Positions 1-9,000 of a stretch of DNA of 64,000 nt are shown here, one piece after another. The notes beneath the pieces were generated by a model that was given only the letters and a program-made list of their open reading frames with translations, did not search any database and was not told the DNA's origin. A program made the position numbers and the translations under genes. Each line of letters starts with the position of its first letter. Positions within the stretch are counted from its first letter, which is position 1. This DNA is from an uncultured Chloroflexia bacterium. GTDB taxonomy: Bacteria; Chloroflexota; Limnocylindria; Limnocylindrales; CSP1-4. The DNA lies in assembly GCA_963813335.1 (NCBI GenBank), contig CAWEYL010000001.1, forward strand, positions 928,001 to 992,000, in the 5' to 3' direction.

Positions 1-2
1 CG

Positions 3-863
3 TTCGCCTACCACGGCATCTCGGAAGCGATCTCGGCATTGACCCCCGAGACCTGGCCAGGCGGCCGGACGCCGGCGCACGTCTCGACCTGGCAACCCCC
101 GGACGCCCTCGCCGGCACGGACCTCGACGGCCGGGCCTTCCAGGACGCGCTCGACGTGCTCGACGCCCGCGGGACGCCGGCCGCCGCCGTGATCCTCGAC
201 GGCGTGCTGACGAGCGACGGCTACCCGACCCTCGATGCCGACCTCGCGGAGACCTGGCTCGCGGCGGCCCGTCGCGCCGGCGCGCTGTGGATCGCCGACG
301 AGGTCCAGGGCGGCCACGGCCGGACCGGCGACGCCATGTGGTCCTTCGGGCACCTGGGCCTGATCCCCGACATCGTCACCATCGGCAAGCCGATGGGCAA
401 CGGCCACCCCGTCGGCGCCGTGATCACGCGGCGCGAGATCGCCCAGGCCTTTGCGGACCAGACCGTGTTCTTCAGCACGTTCGGCGGGAACCCGGTGGCG
501 ATGGCCGCCGCACTTGCCGTGCTCGACGTCATCGAGGACGAGCGCGTCGTGCCCAGAACGGAGCGGGCCGGGGTCGCCCTGCGCCAGGCGCTCCGCGACG
601 CCGCGGCGGGCCACGACGCGGTCCGGGACGTCCGCGGGGTCGGGCTCGCCATCGGCGTGGCCTGTCGCGACGGGGCGACGGCGCGGGCGATCAAGGAGGC
701 GATGCGCTCGCACGGCGTGCTCGTCGGCTCGAGCGGGCGCCACGGCGACGTCCTGAAGATCCGGCCGCCGCTGGCCTTCACGACCGAGGAGGTCCCCATC
801 GTGGTGACCGCGTTCGCGGAGGCCCTCGACACGGTCGGGAACGGGACAGCGGCCGCGGGTTGA
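3..863 (+). CDS. Class-III PLP-dependent aminotransferase (5' end outside window)
   Basis: Frame open from the window edge (FAYHG); motifs DEVQGGHGRTG, TIGKPMGNG, FSTFGGNP, VLKIRPPL. Confidence 0.9.
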   Translation, partial: FAYHGISEAISALTPETWPGGRTPAHVSTWQPPDALAGTDLDGRAFQDALDVLDARGTPAAAVILDGVLTSDGYPTLDADLAETWLAAARRAGALWIADEVQGGHGRTGDAMWSFGHLGLIPDIVTIGKPMGNGHPVGAVITRREIAQAFADQTVFFSTFGGNPVAMAAALAVLDVIEDERVVPRTERAGVALRQALRDAAAGHDAVRDVRGVGLAIGVACRDGATARAIKEAMRSHGVLVGSSGRHGDVLKIRPPLAFTTEEVPIVVTAFAEALDTVGNGTAAAG

Positions 864-897
864 GCCGCAGCCGCTGTCGCTGATCGGGACGTATGGC

Positions 898-1842
898 CTA
901 GTCGAACTGGACGGAGTCGACGATCTGCTGGATCTCGTCGGAGACCTCGGGGCTGGTGCCCTTGTACGTCTCGGCCTCGATGAAGACCCGACCGGCGGGC
1001 GCGTCCACGATCCAGATGGCGATGGTCTGGCCAGCCTCGCTGGCATAGCGCCAGCACGGGCCGGTGTCACCGCCGCATCCCGGCGCGTTGGACTCGAACC
1101 AGAGGTTGAACTTGTCGGGTGCGCACCCGAGCGTGTCGGGGAGCCTGAGCACGAGGTGCTTCGCGGGACGCCCGCCCACGGTGACGTCCGACGGGCCGGT
1201 GACGACCGTGACCTTGGGGATCGCGGCCACGGCGGCCGCGAGATCGGCCGCCGACGATCCCGGCGCGGTCGCCAGCGCCGTCGTGGTGCAGGGCACGGCG
1301 TTCACGTTGTCGACGTCCCAGAGGATGAACCACGAACCGGTGAGGGGCCCGTCGGCGGCGGCGGCGCCCCGGTTCATCGTCGACGGCACCGCGCCGATCG
1401 TGGTCCAGCCGGGTGCCGGGACCGCGAGCGAGAGCGGGACGCCGTTGACGATCCAGGGGTACCTCGTCCCGACCTTGAGGTCGGTCTCGCGCGGATAGTC
1501 GTTGGCGACGGGCGTCGCGGCGGGGGTCGGGACGGGCGTCGGCGACGGCGTCGGGGCGGGCGTCGGCGATGCAGTGGGCACGGCGCCGCCCCCTCCGACC
1601 CCAGCGCTCGCCGGCATCAGGTTGATCCCGACGACCACGACGACGACCACGGCGGCCGCGGCGACCAGGAGCTTGGCGTAGGCATTCATGTCGGCGATCC
1701 TCCGCGCCGGCCACCAGGAGCGGCGCTGTGGGGTCGTGTCCAGCAGGGCGAGGACGTGTTCCAGGACGCGGTCCGCGGATTCGTGCTCGTCCGTGCGCAG
1801 CCACGACCGGACGACGCGCGTGATGTCGGGATCGGCGCTCAT
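898..1842 (-). CDS. Putative single-pass anti-sigma factor (cytoplasmic N-terminus, TM helix, Pro/Thr linker, extracytoplasmic domain)
   Basis: Start overlaps the stop of the ECF sigma gene; TM LLVAAAAVVVVVVVGINL; PT repeats; Cys residues in the C-terminal domain. Confidence 0.7.
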   Translation of the reverse strand: MSADPDITRVVRSWLRTDEHESADRVLEHVLALLDTTPQRRSWWPARRIADMNAYAKLLVAAAAVVVVVVVGINLMPASAGVGGGGAVPTASPTPAPTPSPTPVPTPAATPVANDYPRETDLKVGTRYPWIVNGVPLSLAVPAPGWTTIGAVPSTMNRGAAAADGPLTGSWFILWDVDNVNAVPCTTTALATAPGSSAADLAAAVAAIPKVTVVTGPSDVTVGGRPAKHLVLRLPDTLGCAPDKFNLWFESNAPGCGGDTGPCWRYASEAGQTIAIWIVDAPAGRVFIEAETYKGTSPEVSDEIQQIVDSVQFD

Positions 1843-2387
1843 CAGATGACCTCCCGTACGGGTGGCCGGGAATCGGCCTCGAGCGCCGCGCGCAGCGCGC
1901 GCATCGCGTGATGCAGTCGGGAATGGGCCGTCCCGACCGGGATGCCGAGGATGTCGGCGACCCGATCGAGGGGCAGGTCGAGGTAGTGATGCAGGACCAC
2001 CACGGTGCGGTGATCGAGGGAAAGGCGATGGAAGCCGCGGTCGAGCTGGTCCCGATCGACGACCGAGCTCAGGCCATCGTCCGCGACCACCTCGTCGCTC
2101 GGCAGGAGCCGGAGGTTGGGCGCCCAGCGTCGTTCCTTCCGGCCCTCGGCGTAGCAGGCGCGCACGAGGAGTCGGTACGACCAGGCCTCGAAGCGGGCCG
2201 CGTCGCCGAGTCGCGGAAGGTCCCGCCAGATGGCGAGCAGCGCCTGCTGCGTCGCGTCCTCGGCGAGATCGATGTCGCGCAGGATCCTCCGCGACACCGC
2301 GAGGAACCGGTCGGCGACCGCGGTGGCCAGGAGGGTGTAGGCCTCCTTGTCACCTCGCTGGGCACGGACGACGAGATCGGTATCCAC
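1842..2387 (-). CDS. ECF-type RNA polymerase sigma factor
   Basis: Region 2 (AEDATQQALLAIW, FEAWSYRL) and region 4 (VADILGIPVGTAHSRLHHA); GTG 2387 after GAAGGGA, alternative ATG 2399. Confidence 0.9.
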   Translation of the reverse strand: MDTDLVVRAQRGDKEAYTLLATAVADRFLAVSRRILRDIDLAEDATQQALLAIWRDLPRLGDAARFEAWSYRLLVRACYAEGRKERRWAPNLRLLPSDEVVADDGLSSVVDRDQLDRGFHRLSLDHRTVVVLHHYLDLPLDRVADILGIPVGTAHSRLHHAMRALRAALEADSRPPVREVI

Positions 2388-2518
2388 GGTCCCTTCCATC
2401 CGACGTCATCGGCTTCGTCCGATGCGCGTCACCTGGTATGGGTCGTCCGGGTGTCGTTCTTTGTCAATCTTCCGTCGGCGATCCCGCCTGCGGAGCGCCG
2501 TGCCTGCGGATCGTCCGC

Positions 2519-2755
2519 TCAGTCGTCCTCTTTGAGCGCCCGCAGCCGGACCTGGTATTCGGTGGGGTCGATCTCGCCGCGGGCCAGCCGCGACTTGAGC
2601 TCCGCGACGGCCGGGTCCTCGCTCGCGGGGGCGCTCCGCCGGATCGCCCACACGATCACGCCGATCACGACCCCGGTGATGACCAGCGGCAGGATGATCG
2701 TGACCGCCATCGTGGCCACGATGAAGCCGCCGACGTCGAAGGGCAGAGGGTCCAT
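2519..2755 (-). CDS. Small membrane protein with C-terminal SHOCT domain
   Basis: Hydrophobic N-terminus followed by ELKSRLARGEIDPTEY. Confidence 0.8.
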   Translation of the reverse strand: MDPLPFDVGGFIVATMAVTIILPLVITGVVIGVIVWAIRRSAPASEDPAVAELKSRLARGEIDPTEYQVRLRALKEDD

Positions 2756-2788
2756 GGCACGCCAGCCTAGCGGCCGGCCGGGGCGCTG

Positions 2789-4006
2789 TCAGCCCCCGAC
2801 GACCAGCACCTCGCGAGGGAACCGGGTCAGGCGCTCGACCCGCTGCGCCTCGACGTCGAGCAGGACGAGATCCTCGATGCGAACGCCGGTCTCGCCCTCC
2901 AGGTAGACACCCGGCTCGACCGAGAAGACCGTGGGGCTCGGGAGCGGGCTCTCGGACGCGGCCTTGCCGAGGCTCGGCGCCTCGTGGGTCGCGAGGCCGA
3001 TGCCGTGCCCGGTCCCATGGCCGAAGTGCTCGGCATGGCCGCCCGCGGCGATGACCGACCGGGCGATCGCGTCGGCGGCCCGGCCGCTGATGGTGGTGCC
3101 CCCGGCCACGGCCGCCTCGAGCGCCTCGATCGCCGCCGACTGCGCCCGCGCCACGAGCTCGTAGACCTCGAGGTCGCGCGCCGTGGGCTCGCCGACGAAC
3201 AGCGTGCGGGTCATGTCGCTCCGGTAGCCCTCGACCTGCGCTCCGAAATCGAACAGCAGGACCGCGCGATCGAGCACGGGTCGGTCGCCCGGCGACCCGT
3301 GCGGCAGCGCGGCCTCCGGTCCGGCGAGGCAGGCGACATCGAACGCCAGCGCCTCCGCCCCGCCGGTCCGGATCAGCCACTCCAGCCGGAGCGCGAGGCT
3401 GTGCTCGGTGACACCGGCGCGGATCTCGGGCAGCAGCGCGGCGAGCGCGCGGTCGGCGACGGCGCATGCCGCGGCGACGCGCTCGAGCTCGGCCGGCTCC
3501 TTCGTAGCGCGGTCGGCCTCCAGCCAGCCCTCGACCGGGACCAGTTCGACGTCCGGGGCGGCCGCCGCGAGGCGGGTCCAGGTCGCGTGGGAGACGAACC
3601 CGGCCTCGACCGCGACCCGGCGCGCGCCGATCGAGCCGACGAGGTCCGGCCAGCGCTGGTCGAGGTTGCCGTAGACGTCGGTGATGCGGGCGTCGGGTGC
3701 CTCGCGGCGGGCCTGGATCGCGTAGCGCGAATCGGCCAGGAGCACGACCTCGTCGGCACCCACGAGGAACTGGCCCGACGTGCCGGCCGACTTCTCCTCG
3801 CCCTCGCCGAAGGCCAGGCCGGTCAGGTAGCGGGCGTGCTCGGGCCGCACGCCGAAGTAGGCGTCGACGCCGGCCGCGGCCCAGCGAGCGCGCAAGCGGG
3901 CCAGCCGGGCGGGCCGGGCTGCGCGGTCAGCCGCCGCCCATCCGGCTCGTCGCGTCGCGTCCGGCGGCGGATCGAAGTCCGCGTGGACCGGCCACGAGCC
4001 GGTCAT
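2789..4006 (-). CDS. pepP: Xaa-Pro aminopeptidase/dipeptidase (M24 family)
   Basis: DFG..GYRSDMTRT, HGTGHGIGL..HEAP, EPGVY..GVRIED; ATGA overlap with the mltG stop. Confidence 0.9.
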   Translation of the reverse strand: MTGSWPVHADFDPPPDATRRAGWAAADRAARPARLARLRARWAAAGVDAYFGVRPEHARYLTGLAFGEGEEKSAGTSGQFLVGADEVVLLADSRYAIQARREAPDARITDVYGNLDQRWPDLVGSIGARRVAVEAGFVSHATWTRLAAAAPDVELVPVEGWLEADRATKEPAELERVAAACAVADRALAALLPEIRAGVTEHSLALRLEWLIRTGGAEALAFDVACLAGPEAALPHGSPGDRPVLDRAVLLFDFGAQVEGYRSDMTRTLFVGEPTARDLEVYELVARAQSAAIEALEAAVAGGTTISGRAADAIARSVIAAGGHAEHFGHGTGHGIGLATHEAPSLGKAASESPLPSPTVFSVEPGVYLEGETGVRIEDLVLLDVEAQRVERLTRFPREVLVVGG

Positions 4007-5379
4007 ATGTAGCCGTACTTCTTCAGCAGCTTCTGGAACGCGGCGTTGTCCTTGGCGAAGGCGTGCGTGCCACCGCCGTCCGGGATGGCCACGAAGTACA
4101 GGTTCTTGTCCTTCGTGTCGGGCTCGAGGGCCGCGTCGATCGACGGCAGCGTCGGCGTGGCGATCGGCCCCGGGACCAGCCCCGGGTTGAGGTAGGTCTG
4201 GTAGCCCTGCAGCTCGGGCGGCAGGACGACCTCCTTCATCGGCACGTCGGGCAGCGTCCAGAAGACGTACTTCTGCCACTGGTCGAAGTCGATCTTGCCG
4301 AGCTCGACCGTGTCGTTGGCGTAGATGACCGTCGGGTCGGCGTTGAGGATCTTGTTCTTGATGCCGGGCAGCCCGTCGATGCGGTTCTGGTAGACGCCGG
4401 CGATCAGCGCGCGCTCGTCGTCGAGGACGGCCTCGCGCTCGACGATGGAGGCCAGGGTCAGCACCCCGTAGAAGTCGAGGCCGCGCTCCTTCGGGACCGC
4501 GAGGCGCTCCGGGCCGACGTTCTTGATGAAGTTGTCCAGCATCAGCCGGACGAGCTCATCGGCGGTGGTGTCCGGGAGGACCTTGTACGAGGCGGGCCAG
4601 AGGAAGCCCTCGAGCGAGACGCCGGGATGGTCCTTGAGCACCGCCTTGAGCCACGGGTAGTCGTCCAGCAGCGCCTTGGGCGGCTTGGTGACCTCGTCGT
4701 AGAAGTCGTGCGGGTCCATCTGGAGCGGCAGCGTCTGGAGCTTGGCGGTCACCTGCTCGAGCCGGAGACCGGTCCGCAGCGCGATGTCGACGTACGGGAC
4801 CGCGGGCGGGTCGAGGAGCGCCGTGACGAGGTCGTTGGGGATCATGTTCTTGCGCAGCAGGAAGGTGCCGGCCTGCAGCGCGTTCTCCTTGCCGCGATCG
4901 CTCGCGAGGAGGACGAAGGCCCGCGCGTCGCGGAGGAGCCCGTCGTGCTGCAGCCGGGCCGCGATCGTCGAGGCCGTATCGCCCTGCTCGACGACGAACT
5001 CGACCTGCGCCGGGTCGCTGGCCGCCGGCTGGGTGAGGGCGGGACCGAGGTCGTCGCGCACGATGTCGTGGACGAACGGCAGCTCGAGCGCGGCGGGATT
5101 GTCGGCCGCCCAGCCCACGACCGCGCTGGTGACCAGCGGGCGGAGGGCGGTGATGGCGAGGATGAGCACGATCCCGGCGAGCACGAGGGCGAAGAGCAGG
5201 AAGCGCAGCAGGCCGCCGACGCCGTGGCCGCCGCCGGGGCCGCGATCGCGCCGGCCGCCGCCGCCGCGGGTCGGCTCGACCCAGGTCGGCTCATCGGCGG
5301 TGGCGTAGGCGTCGGGGTCATAGGGATGGGCCTGGGTGCCGCGGCCATCCCGGGGGCGTCCGCCGGAGCGGATCGTCAT
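4003..5379 (-). CDS. mltG: Endolytic transglycosylase MltG (YceG family)
   Basis: N-terminal TM; LEGFLWPASY, LASIVERE (catalytic Glu), NADPTVIY, GLVPGPIATP, LYFVA. Confidence 0.92.
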   Translation of the reverse strand: MTIRSGGRPRDGRGTQAHPYDPDAYATADEPTWVEPTRGGGGRRDRGPGGGHGVGGLLRFLLFALVLAGIVLILAITALRPLVTSAVVGWAADNPAALELPFVHDIVRDDLGPALTQPAASDPAQVEFVVEQGDTASTIAARLQHDGLLRDARAFVLLASDRGKENALQAGTFLLRKNMIPNDLVTALLDPPAVPYVDIALRTGLRLEQVTAKLQTLPLQMDPHDFYDEVTKPPKALLDDYPWLKAVLKDHPGVSLEGFLWPASYKVLPDTTADELVRLMLDNFIKNVGPERLAVPKERGLDFYGVLTLASIVEREAVLDDERALIAGVYQNRIDGLPGIKNKILNADPTVIYANDTVELGKIDFDQWQKYVFWTLPDVPMKEVVLPPELQGYQTYLNPGLVPGPIATPTLPSIDAALEPDTKDKNLYFVAIPDGGGTHAFAKDNAAFQKLLKKYGYI

Positions 5380-5876
5380 GTGCTGGTCTCCGGTGCGTCG
5401 TCGTGGGTGCGGGGCATGGACGAACGATGCCCTGCGCGTGTGTCGAGCTCGTCCTGGAGGATGATCGCCGCCGCTTCCCGATCCACCCGTGCCCGGTAGG
5501 CGTCGCGCTGGGTCTTCGAGGGCGGCCCGCCCGACCGTCCGCGCTGCATCGGACCGAGGCGGTCCTCCGCGAGCTGGCTCGTCAGGCGCTCGTCGCGAAA
5601 GGTTAGCGGCAATCGCAGATCCGCGGCGACGGCGTCGGCCCAGGCGATCGTGATCGCCGCCTGGCGGCCGGTCTCGCCGGAGGCCTCCAGCGGGAGGCCG
5701 ACGACCAGCTCGTCGATCCCGTGGGCATCCACGAGCGCCCGGAGCGCGGCCACGTCGCCGGCGAGGTCACGGGCACGGCGCACCGTCGTGAGCGGCCGTG
5801 CCGGCACGCCGTCGCCATCCGAGATGGCGATGCCGACACGGCGCTCCCCGAGGTCGACCCCCAGGAGCCGCGTCAC
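5376..5876 (-). CDS. ruvX: Holliday junction resolvase-like RuvX/YqgF (pre-16S rRNA nuclease)
   Basis: LGVDLGERRVGIA, VVGLP, DERLTS, VDREAAAIILQ. Confidence 0.92.
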   Translation of the reverse strand: MTRLLGVDLGERRVGIAISDGDGVPARPLTTVRRARDLAGDVAALRALVDAHGIDELVVGLPLEASGETGRQAAITIAWADAVAADLRLPLTFRDERLTSQLAEDRLGPMQRGRSGGPPSKTQRDAYRARVDREAAAIILQDELDTRAGHRSSMPRTHDDAPETST

Positions 5877-7735
5877 TGGCTGGGCGATGGCGACGGAGCC
5901 ACCACCTGGACCGGCTCGTTGATCGTCAGCTGGACCCGTCCCTCCATCGTCGGGATCGTCGTGACCCAGTCCGGCCAGGTCTCGATCGTGACCGTGCCGT
6001 AGGCCTCGAGCGTCGCTGTCGCCTGCTCGACGGACTGGCCGAGGACCATCGCCTTGAGCGCATCGGGGTCGAGGATCGCGATCTGCGTCGCGCTCGCCGT
6101 GGCCGGGAACGAGACCACGCCGTCCTTGACGACCGCCGGGGACACGTCCACCTTGATCGAGCCGTCGACCAGCTCGTGGTCCGCGTCGATCGTGGCCATC
6201 AGGTGCGCCTCGGCGACGGCCTCCACCGGCTCCTGGTTCACCGCGGTGGCGGTCCCGGTCGCGGTCAGGCCCAGCTCGAAGGTGTCGACCTCCTTGTTGA
6301 GCAGCGTCGCCGGGTCGACGGTCGGGGTCGCCGGGCCGAGCACGCCGGTCTCGGGGAAGACCGTGGCGCCGGCCGGCGCGATGGACGGATCGGACAGCTT
6401 CGCCGTGAACTCCGCCTGCAGCGCCGGCTGGAGGGCCGCCAGGGCGGCATCGATGTCCTTCTGCGTGACCTTGAGCGTCTCCACGTGGGTCCCACCGGTC
6501 GTGGCGTCGGGATTGAGGACGTCGAGGGCGATGGGGTCCTCGCCGCGCGGGATGACGGTGATGGTGTTCGGCTCGACGTTGCCCTGCGTCCCCTTCTCCA
6601 CGGCGGTCACCTTGACGGTCGCCGTCTTGGGGAAGACCGTCACCCCCACGATGTCCGCCCGGCCGACCGTGATCGTCTGGGCCGTCCGGAAGCGGACCCC
6701 GGACGGGGTGCTGACGATGCTGCCGCCCGGGATCGTGTTCGAGGACGTGAAGTCGCGGTTGCGGAACCGGACGGTCCCGGTCGCGGCGGTCTCCTCGACG
6801 CGCTTGCCGGTCGCCGGGAAGGTGTCGGTCGTCGTGACGTCGACGTCGATGATGTCGGCGGGCACGACGCCCTTGACCGGGTCGGGCGTCGTGACCGACG
6901 GGTCCGCCACGATCGTCATCGGGATGGGGCCGACCGCCTCGTGCTTCGGCGTGACCACGATGGTGGCCGAGGGCAGGAACAGGTAGGCCGCCACGCCCAG
7001 GACAAGGACGAGCAGCCCGATGACGAGCGCCCCGACGATGAGCGGCGTCCGCCCGCCGGGTCCGCCGCCGGCGGCGCTGACGGGGCGGGTCACGGTCGTC
7101 GGCGGGGGCGGCAGGCCCGCGGCCGGCGGGGCCGGCTCGCGTGGCGGCGCCGACCAGCCCGCCGGCGTGGCCTGGGTCCGGGCCTCGGCCTGGAGGGCCG
7201 CCGCGGCGGCCGCCAGCTCGGCCGCCTCGGCCTCGTCGAGCGTCTGCTGGAACGATGTCTGGGATGGCGGCGCGGCAGCGGGCTGCTTGCGCGGTCGCCC
7301 ACCGGCTCGCGGCGAGGTCGTGCCCGCGGGTGGGACCGGGACGGACGGCCCGGGACCGGCGGCTGCCGCGCCGAGGGCGGCCGCGCCAGCGGCCGCGGCC
7401 CCGGGGGCGGCGGCTCTCCCGCCCCCGCCATCGCCCGGCCCGGCCCGTGCGGCCGGCGCCTCCTGCGAGCCCTCGTATTCCGCGACGGTCGCGAAGACCG
7501 GCAGCCCGGCCGAAGCCGCGAGCGCCCGCGTGGCCGGATCGCCGGCGATCACCGACAGCCGCTTCTCGTGGGTCAGCGCGTCGCGGGCCAGGAGGCGGAA
7601 ATTGATCCGCGAGGTCGCCACCCGCGACCCGTGCGGCAGCACGACGGCGACGCGGCGGCCCTCCGCCGCGCGGACCCGCGCGGCTGCCGAGGTGATCTCG
7701 TCGTCGATGTCGAGGTAGATGACGCCGCTTGCCAT
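5873..7735 (-). CDS. Single-pass membrane protein with extracytoplasmic baseplate J/gp47-like domain
   Basis: N-terminal globular domain (IYLDIDDEITS), Ala/Pro linker, TM LIVGALVIGLLVLVLGVAAYLFL, then J-like pattern ATGTVRF..TIPGGSIV..GVRFRT..VTAVEKGTQGNV..NTIT..NPDATTGG; family call by motif recognition. Confidence 0.75.
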   Translation of the reverse strand: MASGVIYLDIDDEITSAAARVRAAEGRRVAVVLPHGSRVATSRINFRLLARDALTHEKRLSVIAGDPATRALAASAGLPVFATVAEYEGSQEAPAARAGPGDGGGGRAAAPGAAAAGAAALGAAAAGPGPSVPVPPAGTTSPRAGGRPRKQPAAAPPSQTSFQQTLDEAEAAELAAAAAALQAEARTQATPAGWSAPPREPAPPAAGLPPPPTTVTRPVSAAGGGPGGRTPLIVGALVIGLLVLVLGVAAYLFLPSATIVVTPKHEAVGPIPMTIVADPSVTTPDPVKGVVPADIIDVDVTTTDTFPATGKRVEETAATGTVRFRNRDFTSSNTIPGGSIVSTPSGVRFRTAQTITVGRADIVGVTVFPKTATVKVTAVEKGTQGNVEPNTITVIPRGEDPIALDVLNPDATTGGTHVETLKVTQKDIDAALAALQPALQAEFTAKLSDPSIAPAGATVFPETGVLGPATPTVDPATLLNKEVDTFELGLTATGTATAVNQEPVEAVAEAHLMATIDADHELVDGSIKVDVSPAVVKDGVVSFPATASATQIAILDPDALKAMVLGQSVEQATATLEAYGTVTIETWPDWVTTIPTMEGRVQLTINEPVQVVAPSPSPSQ

Positions 7736-7737
7736 CG

Positions 7738-9000
7738 TCAGACCTTCATCGCGCGGAGGACCCGGCGCAGCGCGGCATCGAGCGCGTCCTCGGTCGTCTG
7801 CAGCTCGATGGCCTGGTAGGCCAGCCCGAGCGGCGTGACGTCCTGCTGGTCGACCAGGAGGTGGGTCGCGTCGGAGATCGTCTCGATCTGGTCCGGCGCC
7901 ATCACGACCACCTCGGGCGGCCGCGCGAACGGCAGCCCCTTCCAGAACGCCTCCGCCCCGAGGGCGGCCTGGATCTCCGGCAGCCGCGAGCCGCCGCCGC
8001 ACAGGAAGATCCGATTGGGCAGCAGGTCGCCGCCAGACAGCTCCTCCATCACGAGCTCGACGCCCGCCGCCCACACGCGGACGTCGTCCCCGATGATCGA
8101 ACCGACCGTGTCGCGGTCCTCGACCGGCAGGCCGCGGGCGTAGTCGACCTTCAGCGCCTCGGCTCGCGGGAACGGCAGGTCGAGGCGGTCGGCGAGGCTC
8201 TTGGTGAACGCCCGGCCCCCGAGCGCGAACATGCGCGTGCCCTCGATCCCGCCCTGGCGGACGAGCGCCACGTCGGTCGTGCCGCCCCCGACGTCCACGA
8301 AGAGGGCGCCGGACTGGCGGATCTGGTCGTTGCCGAGGACGCGGGCCACGGCGTACGGCTCGGCGACGATCTCGAGCAGCTCGAGGTCCAGCTGGCTGGC
8401 GACGCTCTGGAGCGCCCCGAGGTGGACGAGCGGCGCGAACGCGTTGAAGATGCCGATCTTGACGTGACGGCCCTGGAACCCGACCGGGTTGGTCAGGGCG
8501 TAGCCGTCGATGGACGCGCCGGTCACCGCCGCGTGGACGAGGCGCACGTCGACCTGCGGCAGGCCGGTCTCCCAGGTGATGGCCCGCTCGGCCTCGCGCA
8601 GCGCCGCCCGCTGGACGTTGTCGATGAGCTTCTGCAGCTCGCTCTCGGTGATGGGCTGGTCCGGCTTCTTGCGCTCCTGGGCGTGGGTCGTGGTGAAGCC
8701 CTTCACCAGCTCGCCGGCGATGCCGATGACCACCTGGGTCGGCCGGAAGCCGGCCATCTCCTCGGCCTCCTGGAGCGCGACGGCGCAGTTGTCGACCACG
8801 GCGGCGATGTCGGCGACGGTGCCGGACTGCATGTGCGACAGGCCCTGCCGCTTGCGACCGACGCCGCGGACCGTGCCGTGGCCGCCGCTGTCGATGTCGA
8901 AGACGAGCGCCTTGGCGAACTCCGTCCCGACATCGAGCGCCGTGCAGGCGACGAGGCTCTCCTGGCCATCGCGCTGCCAGATGCGGCGCCAGAAGGCCAT
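7738..9000 (-). CDS. FtsA-like actin-superfamily ATPase (no ftsZ/dcw context)
   Basis: Phosphate-1 ALDVGTE, connect-1 AEPYA, phosphate-2 VDVGGGTTD, adenosine LCGGGSRLP; FtsA 1C-like segment (IDGYALTNPVGFQG). Confidence 0.85.
   Translation of the reverse strand: MAFWRRIWQRDGQESLVACTALDVGTEFAKALVFDIDSGGHGTVRGVGRKRQGLSHMQSGTVADIAAVVDNCAVALQEAEEMAGFRPTQVVIGIAGELVKGFTTTHAQERKKPDQPITESELQKLIDNVQRAALREAERAITWETGLPQVDVRLVHAAVTGASIDGYALTNPVGFQGRHVKIGIFNAFAPLVHLGALQSVASQLDLELLEIVAEPYAVARVLGNDQIRQSGALFVDVGGGTTDVALVRQGGIEGTRMFALGGRAFTKSLADRLDLPFPRAEALKVDYARGLPVEDRDTVGSIIGDDVRVWAAGVELVMEELSGGDLLPNRIFLCGGGSRLPEIQAALGAEAFWKGLPFARPPEVVVMAPDQIETISDATHLLVDQQDVTPLGLAYQAIELQTTEDALDAALRRVLRAMKV

Noticed and set aside
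2461-2470. TTGACA upstream of the ECF sigma gene as a sigma70 -35
   Set aside because: No TAnnnT at 16-18 bp spacing
5873-7735. Prophage, tailocin or eCIS suggested by the baseplate-J-like gene
   Set aside because: No sheath, tube, spike, capsid, terminase, lysis or integrase genes; flanks are coupled core genes and the protein has a TM anchor
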